A stretch of DNA of 61,651 bases, counting the filler, from Sphacelaria rigidula (taxonomy: Eukaryota), in the NCBI GenBank assembly GCA_964200075.2. It is 7 parts of 7 records of this genome, joined end to end, with 100 filler letters (N's around TTAATTAATTAA, not from the genome) between each part and the next. Parts side by side here need not be neighbours in the genome. Positions count along the whole stretch, not along the records: positions 8,824 to 17,545 come from CAXNAA020010274.1; positions 17,646 to 26,367 come from CAXNAA020010275.1; 5 more parts are not named here. One strand, given 5' to 3'. The position numbers and the translations under genes are program-made. Position 1 is the first letter of the stretch, and the number at the start of each line of letters is the position of its first letter. Shown here piece by piece: positions 14,519 through 26,367 of the stretch. The notes below the pieces were generated by a model. It was not told the DNA's origin and made no database searches. It was given only the letters and a program-made list of their open reading frames with translations.

Positions 14519-15671
14519 CGAGCTGGGCCAGCCTGAAGGCGGCATGGAAGTTTGCAGGCGAATGCGCCGGCCAATATTTGGAGTTGGACCCTGAGATTTG
14601 GTATGGACAATGCATAGGGCATGATGAAAAATCGGAAAGAAGCTCCAGTTTTTTTTTCTTCCGTGAGTTAAGGGCGTTTTACCGAAACCTGAAAACTGAT
14701 TATTGCTCTTGACTCACGGAAAAAAAAACTTCTGGTGCTTCTTTCCGACTCTTTATTATGCCCTATGCATTGTCCATACCGAATTTCAGGGTCTAACTCT
14801 AAATATTGGCCGGCGCACACGCCTTGAAAGAATCGGATCAGTACAAATTCGGAACAGTATTTCGCAGGCCACTCACCGGCCCACGTTTGGTTTTTGTATA
14901 TTGAAATTTTGTGGGGGCCAGGGATGATCGACAAAACAAGGTGGGTCAGTTTTTTTTACTCATTTTGTCACAGGTTGAGGGCGTTTAGGTATGGTAAATA
15001 CCATTCCTCCACAAGAACGCCTCAACCTCTATGAAAAGAATTAGAAATAAAGGCCCATTTGTTTTATTCGGCACACTTGTGTGGTTTTCCATGCTAACTT
15101 GCAAATTAACATTCTAAAAATTGAGCAAAAACAAACATAAGGTGAGGCCTAAGAGGAATGTTCATTTCTCCTCGAAACTCCACTAAAAACACGAAAAAAA
15201 TGGAAAATAATGAAGAAGTAACGACGCTTATTTATTTTTATTATGCACCAGCAGTTCACCACACGATATTTCATGGAAAAACCCTCAAAAACTGGGACGC
15301 GATATCCAGATTTAGGGCACCTAGTGCCTCTGCTAGTAACATTGAGTTTAGTATGGAAACTTTTATGCGCCATATCTCGGGATGGATGGCGAATTAGTTG
15401 AAGGTGAGGGTATCTATCGTCTGCCCTTGCTCCAGAGAATGTTCACATCAAAATTCGTCACCCGCTGAATGCATCGATCGAGGGCTTCATATAGAAACTA
15501 CTTCACATGGGGTTTAACGAACGAGAAGATTTGAGCCCAAAATTTTGAGCAGATGGGCACCTTCCCCTTCGTTAGACGAATAATACTTTATGCGGATCAC
15601 GGCTCAACTCGTCTGTGTCGATGAGATATTGCTTCGAGAGCTTGAATCCGTTTTTAGGCCGGCCCAGCTCG
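14519..15671. mobile_element. Non-autonomous mariner-like element (family B) with internal hairpin
   Basis: TA|CGAGCTGGGCCAGCCT at the left and AGGCCGGCCCAGCTCG at the right. Internal inverted repeat 14563-14670 / 14710-14817. Homologous copies at 34103-34957 and 38323-~39060. Confidence 0.82.
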
Positions 15672-17645
15672 TGTGATCGAATTGTGACCACCCTGGATAA
15701 TGGCAACAGATGGCGTTGTCGAAAAGTGTACTTTATAAAGTATGGAATCTGTTGTCTATTGCGAAAAACGCAATAGTCGATACTTGACGCAGTACACATT
15801 TGACGATGCAATGTATCACCCAGGATGTGGAATCATGTCGGTGGGGTAGATATATTTCCAAAGTTGGGATTTGAGGGTCATGTATACGTTACTCCGCGAC
15901 TCCGGATCTGATTGCTAAATGGGATGAAGATCCTACCAGGGAGTTTTTTTCACGAGTAGAAGTTGATGGTACACCTTCCCTCCATGTGAGCAAGTGCCGA
16001 AGCAGAGCCGACAGTGTCTCACCTGGGTCGCTCCTGTGCTGGTCCCACGACCATGAGTTACAAGCCTAGAGCTTTTTCAAGGTTCGAGTTTCCTCTCTTG
16101 ATGAAGGATCCTAAAGGTCAACCGGTTCGGCTCCGCACAAGGCTGTAGGCAAATGTCGCAGTGAAAGCGCTTGCTCAGGGGAATGTTCGAGAAGCCTCCC
16201 TGTGTGTGTTGTTTTTCGTGACAAAGTATCCATCAGGGATCGTTTCAAGTGGGATATCTCGCACCAACGGATGCAGTATGTGGCATGAACCATGAACACA
16301 GCTAAAGAGCACGGGTGCAGATAAATTAGATTAGAGTTTCCCGGGTTGGTCACCCGCGCACGGAATGTTACTGCTGAAACTGAGCCATGGTCGCACATGC
16401 TGATCCCGGGGAGGCAGCTAGAAAGTAATCGAGCGGTTCAGGGCCAACAGGGTTCCCCTAGGAACAAGTGGACGTGTGCTCAAACTGCCCATGAGGAAAC
16501 GCCTGTAGCTACGGAAGTGGTTCGCGGTTAGCCCGATCCTGCAGGTGTGGTGGTATCTCCCCCTGGGCAGGTTTTCGATGAAAATCGCTTGTGTCGCGGG
16601 CATCCGCTACAACAGAGGTGGCTGTATCCAGTGGTAATCAATACATCGGTGTGCTACCGTCGAAGTAGCTTGGGCATGGGTCCGGAGGTCCCCGAATGCG
16701 TATAACTGTTCGGCTTTGTGCGCCGATGCAGGCCATGATGGCGGCGTGAAGCTCTCCCCATTGGCATGATAGTGTCGTGTTCCATCAACGCCTGCAGTCT
16801 TGGTATTTTGTCTGCATGTCAAGAAAGGAACCGTTACGCGTTTTGGCCATTAGACTGCGAGAGTGGGTCATCTGTTGAATCGGCATCGACGCCATCGAAA
16901 AAGGTATCAGCATGATCACATGGACTACCCTCGCGGTCTAGGGGTTGAAGAAATCGAGTATATCGGGTGGGACAAGAGCTCGGGGATTCGCCAAGATCAC
17001 TGCGTCAAGCCCAACCTTTTCGAGTTATGACCTTGAATTATGACATGTGATGGGCGAGTTACTGGCCAAAACGTACGTTGAGGCCGTGTCTTATCCAAAC
17101 GAAGAAAATAAGTAGGAAGAGGAACAAGCGTCCAGTACCTTGTTGATAAGTCGCCCCAATCATAGACCCACCCTGCGATTAATGAGCACGCTGCTATTGG
17201 ACGCTTGTTCCTTCTCGCCTTTCTTTTTTTTTTGGTCTCCCTCGAGAAGACACGGCCAGAAGCCCTCACAGTTTTTTTGTGGAGACATGACCGACGAGGT
17301 GTCGCGTGATCATAGTTGCAAATATTGCTCCGAAATTGCTCGACATACAAACTATACTTCCGTACAGTTATGGGCGCGCCTGACCCTTCAAAATGAGCAA
17401 AAATATGTCACCGACCAAAATCACCAAAAGACACGAACAGATCGACTTTCGGGGCTTATTCAGGCTCGTCAGGTAAATTATGCACGGTTAGGACAAATTA
17501 TCACGACTCAAAATCACCAAATTCACGATTTCTTCTGCCTGATTGNNNNNNNNNNNNNNNNNNNNNNNNNNNNNNNNNNNNNNNNNNNNTTAATTAATTA
17601 ANNNNNNNNNNNNNNNNNNNNNNNNNNNNNNNNNNNNNNNNNNNN

Positions 17646-19467
17646 GAGAGCGGCGGCTGATCGATCGATGTATTGCTTTGTGCAAGGGAGTCTGCCAGCC
17701 CTCTACTCAGTCTGAGTCTTCGAAACGTTGTGTGCCAGTCACATCCGCCAAGTGAAGGATGTTCCAAACAGTGCGGCGGATGGACGTGATGAGGGCAGAA
17801 GTAAACTGGCCCGAACCTTCGTTATCCACGGCAGGCATGGTTTTGTATGAGCCGGCGCAGGGGCGGTCGGAGGCGCAGCAGTCGCGGTAGCGGCAGCAGT
17901 AGCTACGGGAGCGCGAATGGTCTTGCTGGCAGTAGCGGTAGTGCATTGGGCGTTCATAGTTGCTGTTGCGAGTTGCCGTTCGAGATCTGTCAAACGTTGT
18001 TGAAGAGAGCGAATAAGCGCAGCGTCGGAACGGGACGGTGGTTCGCGGTCAGTGCGTTGTCGTCGGTTGTGCAATGAGGTGCGGTCGGATCCTACAATTG
18101 AGGATTCCGGAGCCGGTGACATGTCCGAAAATATGTTTTGGATATCGTCAGCATGTACAGTGTTATCATTGCGTACATGACGGTTGTGTGACAAAGTCTG
18201 AGCAGTAGAGATGCGCGCGAAGGTGCTAGATAGGAGTTGTTCGAGCGCGAGTTAACGCGCGAAGAACTTGATCTGTGCCGCAAGGTATCCTCTTGAATAC
18301 GGCCATGGTTAGCATTAACCGGGCGCTTTGGAGCGCGAGATGAATTGGAAGTATGGCGTGAACTACCGTCATATTTGTGTCCAAGAGCGATATTCTTCGG
18401 GCGTGTGGAAGCGCACGATGAATCAAGCTTCGCTGGGAGTTGCCCTTAGAACTGCTAGAACGGGAGACATGGGCATGACCAAGTCTCGGTGTGCGGTGTC
18501 GGTCAGGAGCGCGAGTAAGGCTCTGCTGCGACGTTGAGGAAGGGCTGGACTCATGTTCGTTGAATTTATCGTGAGTGACGAACGGAGGACGCGATGTCGC
18601 CGAGCGGGTCGCCAAACGTACGGGTTTGAGCGTGGCAGGTGCAGAATCATCATTGAATTGCACATGAGCAGACGCCGACTGATCTTAAAGTGTTGCGTGG
18701 CAAAAAGCCGTAAATGCCTCGATGAGAGCTGACGCTGGCGATGGCGACGACGCCGAGGAGGTGCGATGCATAGTTTGCATGGCAGCATGCATGGCCGCAA
18801 CTGCCGGTCCGACATTGGATTGTGCAGTAGGGCGCATAGGACTATCGAGAGTCGTGCGAAGGGGGTCCGTAACGGAAGCAGTCCGTGTGACAAAGCCTCT
18901 TGCTTCAGAAGCGATGCGCTTCGTCGGGACAGAACCGTCTTGAGAGCTGGCAGCCGTCAAGCGACGGGGTGCCACGGTTGAAGCAACCGGTACAGGGCCA
19001 AGCTGGACACGTGTGTCCAGGGGCAAGGACTCGACTGAGGGCACAATCCTAAGTCCGGATTCCACATTGGGATTCGGGAGAGCAGGGGCCAGCGAGGGGT
19101 GTGCGACGGAATCCACCGTTATGGGCTCACTGACATGTCCGTCAGGAACCAATGACTCGGCCGGTTGAACTACCATGTTCTCTGAGTCCGGGTCGGAACG
19201 TGAGAGAACAGGTCTCTGCGTCAAAGTCTGGTGTTCAAGCCTTGAAGAATGAGCTTCGCTCGAATGTTGGTATTCAGATCCCGAAGAACGAACAGCGCTC
19301 GCATACGTGCGATGATGTGTTGAAGGTGGCGTGTCGCTCATCTTGAAAGATTTCGAATCGCTAGTAGTCTGGCTCCGGGTCCGGCGAAGCGGTTGGTTCC
19401 CCAATTGAGGGGAAGAGCCAGCGTTATTTTTGTGCGACATGAAATTAGTACGCAACCTTTGTTTCAA
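17646..19467 (-). pseudogene. Decayed ~600-codon S/T/A/P/R-rich intronless ORF, possibly a retroelement gag/ORF1
   Basis: ORFs 18685-19467 and 18226-18663 are in one frame separated by a single stop. A frameshift leads into 17739-18194, which has a coiled-coil-like LIRSLQQRLTDLERQL. No diagnostic domain seen. Confidence 0.4.
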
Positions 19468-21177
19468 AAAGGCGGGTGCAGTGTGTCTGGTCTGTGAGCT
19501 CTAATTAAAGAAGCGTGACACCAAGAGATGCTACGTGCAAAAGCCGAAGCTTGTATCCGGAAATACTGGATAATGAAGCCTAATAGCGCCTGAGGGGACC
19601 GTGGGATCTGATTTACTTGAGTAATTTATTCAAGCGAATTGCTGTTTGGAACAATTTTGTCCGGGGTCTGATTAATACAACTTTATTCAAGATGTGGCGG
19701 TACTAGCTAGCACGGGGTTGTGCACAGAACAGACGTATGCCGTCGAAGACAAGCGAAGACCCGATTGTCTGTAGCAGCGTTGGTACGTGGAAGAACGACT
19801 TACACGTGTTCCGGGTGTAGCGTCACGGCAGATTATAACTGTAGATCCCGGCACAAGTTGAGGGATGACTGGCTGTGTGCAAATGAAAATAATTATATAT
19901 ATATGTTGTTTTTCTCAGATGCGTACCAAAACTATGCAGCGTAAGGCAGCACCAAAGCTTTTACAAAGCTTGGGTTGTAGACCGCGAAATCGGACTGCGT
20001 AGTGCAGAGCGAAGGCTTGTTATCCAACGAAGTTGAGACAACGTATGTATTTGAAACAAAGGTGATGTGATGCACAACAGGGGCAACGTTGAGGGCGGGT
20101 GCCGAACACATTTGTGGTGCACAGGCAGGGGCACCGATTTTGGGGGTTTGAAATGTTTCAACGAGTAGTATCGCGATAAAACCGTCTCGGAAGAATAAAT
20201 TTGTTCGTTCGAGAGGAGGTCAAAGGAGAAAAAACTCACCACGGTGATGGACCGCGTTGCCTTACGGTTGTGCGAAGTATACAAGAGGACAACAAGAACA
20301 AAGTAGCCACAAGCAACGAAGCTAAAGCTACAACAATAACAAGGTAGCTACGAGCAACGAAGGTAAAGTGCCGGAAAAATCCAAATTTCGTGTACAGATG
20401 TCCGTCATCACACTGTGTGAGCACGGTTTGTACCTGTTCAGTGAAGTCGTGAAGGGAAGATACAACAGTCGCGTACAATCGATACTGAAAACTAAGAGCA
20501 GCAGCGTGCCGGCTTGGCAGGAGCTCAGGCCGGGAACAGCGGCTGGCTATGAACAACAGTGCGCCTTTGTGCACTGGTGTCCTGTACAAACCTGTAGTAG
20601 AAGACTTAATCTGCGGAAGCAAAGGGGATCACAAGACCAAATACACGAGCCAACGATGGCTTGGTGCGGTGGTCGTGCCGGGCTGGTGAATCACGAAAAG
20701 ATTCACAGTCGTGCAGGCGGGACTGATACCGTGAGGCCTCGAGCAGGTGATGTCAAATTGACAGCACGGCAAGAATAGCAAGCAGTGCGTCTTGACCCCA
20801 CTTTGGCCACACAAGATGTGCCGTCGAGCGCTACAGCAAGTTGCAAGTAGCAGGGCACGAATGCACTTTACCGAAAGGCACGAATATACTTTACCGAGAG
20901 ACACGCGGGGCAGAAGCTTTTCGAGCGATTGACTACATGTGCGGTAGATTTGGCTACAACAGTCCCGAAGGGATGCAAAGAGGCAAAGTGAACACAAAGC
21001 TGGGATACAAATCGTTACAAGAAGGAAACGCAATAGCCAAAGAAGAAGCTCCTTAGTCAAACGCCAATACAATGAGGGGCAAGCGGCAGTATAATTCAAG
21101 GACTCGGCTTGTAACCCAAGGCACTAGCTTGGCGGACAAGTGTACACCCGTCAGGCTGCTACAGCTTGTAGATGCCG

Positions 21178-21418
21178 TGTAACCTGCTCAGCACCCAAAT
21201 ATCAGACGAGGTCTCACGCAATAGGTTCTTCACTTCTCTCTTGATTATCTTGATTCTAACTCCAGTACCCACTCAATCAGTCCAATCCAATCCAATGCGT
21301 CTCACCGATAGTTAGACTTCTTTGCTGGAAGCGATAGTGGAGCAGTTGATAGTGCTTGATGAGGGGGGCTTTGTTCGTGGCGACAGCGAACAAATCCCGT
21401 ATCATCCCTGTGATTACA
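21178..21418 (-). repeat. Candidate 3' LTR of the Gypsy element
   Basis: 241 nt bounded by TGTAA...TTACA inverted ends, about 200 nt downstream of the chromodomain. The polypurine tract is weak and no second LTR is available for comparison. Confidence 0.4.
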
Positions 21419-21627
21419 CAGGTTCACGTTCGTACCCGACCAACTCTGAACAGACCTGGAGTCTTGTCTACCGAAACAAAAGCCATGGCCAGAGTCGACA
21501 ATGTGTCTGAAGCGGCATCAACAGACTAATATTCGTGTGCATGACAACACATAGAGAACGCCGAAACGATGAGTAAGTCACAACTGAATACCAAACTCAC
21601 TCGAAGTGCGAGCAGAAACGGCACGAG

Positions 21628-24600
21628 TCACGCGTAAAATACGCAACTCTTTTGTAAGAAATTCCGGAGCGGCCTCAAAAATACCCCGAAAATATCCTTG
21701 AAAGGCTCCCACGTACGCTCCTCAACATCGAAACCAACACAGTCGACCAATACGGTCAACGAATGATCATCTGTTTCTGCCGCTCGGACAATACCAGCCA
21801 TCTGGAATTGCCCCTGATTGAAAACGTGCTGGAACACATCCTTAGCGTCAGCCGTAACATCAAGCTGCGAGTGTGCATGAAACGCAGACGAGCTACATGG
21901 GCGGTCTGAGCACGGCCCGAAACAATGTCCTGAATCTCAAACACGTGCGGGTGGTGAGCACCAACCACTCTTCATGGACCAGTCCACGCCGCCATCAACT
22001 TGGGCGTAACTCCCGGGCGACGCACACGTGCAAACAAGACATAGTCGCCTACCTCGAAATTCGGCAATTCCAGCCCCGACGAAGACCCCTCACGTCTACG
22101 CGCACCTTCAACTGCAACACGCTCCTGCACTTGAACGTGGAAACGCTCTTGCAAGTCCAAGACTCCTGTCAATGCACTCTTAATTTGAACATCGTCCAGA
22201 ACATCACACTTCCACTCCCCCGCCAACGAGGACGCCAGCAACGAGAAATACGTCCGAGGGGCACGGCCAAACATCCCGTGATACGGCGTACTATCGTACC
22301 GACGGCGATAATATGCTGTATTTAGTGCCCATTGTACAGCGGGCAACACGTCCACCCACTCGGTCACCTCTCGACGCTGCTCGAGAAGAATAGAGCGAAG
22401 AGCACGAACTACTTCCTTCACCATGCGTTCGCACGTACCATTAGACCACGGAGAATACGCTACCGCAAACTGGTGATCAGCTCGCAAAGCCTCTCCCAAC
22501 CGAGCCAACATCGCATTCTTAAAATGCGTGGCGGTATCACTCACCCACACACGCGGCACCCCCAAAGTTTTGCACCAGTTCAGCAAAGACGCAGCGGTCG
22601 ATTCAACAGTATACACTGCTACTGGTTCCAGAGCCACAAAGTTGCTCAAATCATCCATGATTACCAAAATGTATCGGGACCCAGCATCCTCCGACAAGCC
22701 TTGGGAAGCTAGCGGGCCACTCTCGCCCACGTGCAGCAAGTCAAAATGAACAACTTCATTCGGCGTGGTCCCATGGACCGTTTCACCGAGCGGGCGGGGA
22801 ACAACATCTCCCGCCCTCGAGTCAGCACAGTGAAGACACTGGCGGACAAATTCGCGCACATGAGTTTTTATCCCCTGCCAGGCACAAAACTCTTGCAAGC
22901 GCGCGAGCGTCGCAGCCACACCACGATGCCCGGCGTCGCGCATGTGCGCCCAAATCATCAGACGTACCTGCAACTGCTTGTCAGAACTCAGAATTCACAA
23001 AACGTTTCGGCCAGGCACATGCGCACGAAACAGGCCTTCATTGTCCAAGATAGCAGTACCAATGTCCGACTCGAAAGATTGCACATCCGCATCTTCGGCC
23101 CCGAGGTCTTTTCGTTGCGCTTGGCGGACAACAGATTTGGACGGCATCGAGTCATCAGGTTCGCACGGACCATGCACAGCCACAGCGCGCGCAGGCAAAG
23201 TGGGAATATTTACCCAGCGCGACAGCAAGTCACCCCACGCGTTAAGCTCGCCCGGGATATGACAAATCATGTACCGATACTGTCCTAATACTCCTTTCCA
23301 CCCTTCCAATCGCTGTGCCAACGCCTTCGACACAGACGTCACGCATGCCTCCGGGTTGAAAATGTACGCTAGATTTCGATGATCCGTGAAAAAGTGTACG
23401 CCATTCCACAATAGATGCTCGAGACGACGAAAAGTGCTCACGATAGCAAAACCTTCCTTGTCAATGGCTGCTCAATGCATCTGTGAACCCTTGAAATTAC
23501 CTCTCAGAAAAACCAGCGGTTCATGAGTCATGTCTTCTACCGGCAACCGTTGTTGCATCTCTGCATTAGGCACCTGCGTTACAAAGCTACCCCAATGACA
23601 CTCGGAGGCATCCGGAAACATCAGCACCTGGCTACCGGGGCGGGGATGGAACAGCGTCACGGCATGAGCCGCCAGATCCTTCGCTGCTGCCCATGCCTGC
23701 AGCCTGTCCTCCGTCCACGAGGCGGGTGGAATAACACGATTTTTTGTCACCCGCTTCGTACGTCTTGCAGCCCCCACCATGAGTTCCTCTAGGAAACCGC
23801 GTAAGGGCGCCACTACTTCGGCCATACGTGCCAACGAGGTACGCAACCAGCTCATTGCGTGCATTAATTCTGCGGCTGTTTCTGGACGCCGCATGCCAGT
23901 CAAACCTTGTAAGCGGACCGGGTCATGCGAGACGCGGCCGTGTGAGTATGCTTTCCCACACCACACTCGTTCACTAGCAGAAGAGGTACACTTGTGGGCA
24001 GCTGCAAACAAACCAACACTCTCTACGCGAGCCAAGATTGCACCAAGCGTATCTGATAGTTCGTCTTCCGTATCCGCGAAGAAAAATACATCATACACCC
24101 AAATCTTGCATTTCAAGCCATCTAAAAGGTCTACCATGACACCTTGAGAACAGGAAGTAGCATTCAACACGCCTTGCGGTACTCTTTGCGGGATAAACAT
24201 GCCAAACGGAGTCGTGATTGTGAAGATCTCTTGCGCCTCTTCGGCCAACGGCATCTGCCAGTATCCCTGTAGGAGCTCCAACTTACCGAAACATCGCGCA
24301 CTCAACAGGTCTATCATGTCGCATTTCTGGTTGAGCATGACACCCGGCGACTTCTCCACCTGATCATTGACGGCTCCATAATCGCTGACAAGACGGAAAG
24401 AGTCCTTCTTCGGCACCGCCATCGCTGGACTGGACCACACCGCCTGAAAATTCCGTAACACCAACCCAAACGCCACAAGAGCTCTCATGCAAGAAGCTAG
24501 CCAACTGGACTTTACCGGACCACAACTCCTCGGCTTTGCCTTCACCGCGGCCGCCCCTGGGTTCAGTGTAACCCTCATCCATGATGGGTTCCACGCGCGC

Positions 24601-26160
24601 AGGGGGATCACCCCTCCGCGCACGACGAAACGCGTTAACGTGGCGATTCAATATGCCACGCAAGCGCTCCGCTTTTGAGACGTCGAGGCCATTGTCCACA
24701 GCACCCGTCACGCATTCCTCAAGCGCAGCCTTTCGCGCGGACTCTTCTTCCGCCGGCTCCATGAAGATATCGGGGCCACGCTCCACCAAGCATTCTACCG
24801 GCTCATCACCCTCCTCGGACACCTGCCCCCCTGCCTCCTGGAGAGCATTAACCGACAAGCTCACTCTGCGACTGGCCAAAAAGGCAGGCGTCTCGACACT
24901 CGAACCGGGCGACGGCAGTTGCGTTTTTAGGGACTCTAACAGCCGATCATACGGATCGACTCCGAGACCCCGAAGCGTCGGTAAGCCCAACAGAACGACA
25001 CCATTCGTCCCCGGCATGATCGCAAACGATATCAGGGGTCATTTTGCTCACCCCCTGGTAGTCAAGAACGCCAACTGTAGGGGAATCGTACGCTCCGTCA
25101 CATTTATGCGTTGCCCCGATGCGGTAATGGCCTGCCGCGCCCCGAGCGAGAACGGAATTCGGATTTGCTCACCGGGGGATAGACGCTCCAGCATCTCCAC
25201 AATCAGCACCGACACGCCCGTGAATTGGGCGCCTGAATCCAACACCGCGTTGACCGATATAGCTCCCTGCGCCCAGTGATCGGGGAGATATAACTCGGCG
25301 GGGACATAATTGTCCTGGTCCTCGACCCGCACCTGCTGCGCCGACTGATGGGTCGTAATTCCCACTTAACGCCACGGCTGGGCACGCGGTGCAGGCATAG
25401 ACGCCCCCGCTGGGGTCACCGACCGCCGGCGGGTACGATGCCCCGCCGGCAGAACCAAACTGCAGCGGTACCCCGATCGACGCAGCAGCGGATCCAAATT
25501 TCAGCTGAAAACCGGCCGGCTCCGCAGCCGGCGTCTCGCCTTGCTCTGCTGCCGGCAGCGCTGGCGCCAAGCCCGACACTTGAGAGGTCGGTCCCACCTG
25601 CACCGCCCGTTGTAGAGCAGCAGCTCCTGCGGCTGAGCCGGACCCAGAACCGGACCACTGCTGACGCCGCTGCCCCTGCTGGTGGTGGTGGTGGGAACTC
25701 GACTGACACTTCCACCGCTGGAGGATCCGCCTCCGCCACCACCCCGATTATCTTTCCCTCCTTTGTGATTGCGAGGGCGCGCGGCACTCGTCTGCCCAGA
25801 CGCCCCCTCAGAAGGCGTTGGGCACTTCCGTGCGATGTAACCTACCTGACCACACTGATAGCAAGTAATATTGGAGGAGGCACTGCCTGCGGATTTTGAT
25901 CCGCGGTTGCGCGAGCTCGAAGACTGCAACGACGAAGTGGATGATTTTCCGAATACTTCGACCCGCCGCCATGCCTGAGCTTCAGCCACCACGGTATCCA
26001 TGACTAAATACGGGTCCGACTTCCAATTTTTTTCGTGCTGTAACTGTGCAAGCACGGCCTGCTTCAATTCCGCCGGTGCCAGACCCTCTACCATCGCTTT
26101 CGTGACCACCGCAGCGGGCCATGGGCGAAATTTCCCATCGGACGAACGATAAATACCAGA
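21628..26160 (-). mobile_element. Ty3/Gypsy LTR retrotransposon gag-pol with chromodomain, decayed
   Basis: Gypsy domain order: gag knuckle CYQCGQVGYIARKC; protease AVLDSGA; RT WSSPAMAVPK..FRLVSDY..LQGYWQ..PQG..WVYD; RNase H FPDAS..DKEGFAIV..TDHRNL; integrase H..GH..CLHC, HFD, VSDTATHF, NGTCER; WTGP motif; chromo-like VLVDCVGF..RTWEP. Multiple frameshifts and stops. Confidence 0.95.
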
Positions 26161-26367
26161 GGATTCTATAAAATGAGGTTCGTCAATGAAATGAGGTTTG
26201 AGCTCGAAACAGTACTTTCTCCACGCTTTCAGCGATGGTGCCCAATGACTTTCTTGTCGGCCTAATGCCCCTCGATCGCGTAGATACTTCTCCAGCGCAT
26301 TTTATCGACTCTGTGGGCTTACAGCGCTGTCCGAAACCGCCATTTCCACTTATTTTTTAGGTGGGGG
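26161..26367 (+). mobile_element. Probable DNA-transposon end inserted in Gypsy gag
   Basis: The gag frame (SGIYRSSDGKFRPW...) is broken at 26160 by GGATTCTATAAAATGAGGTTCGTCAATGAAATGAGGTTTGA, which is shared with 762-802. Confidence 0.6.
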
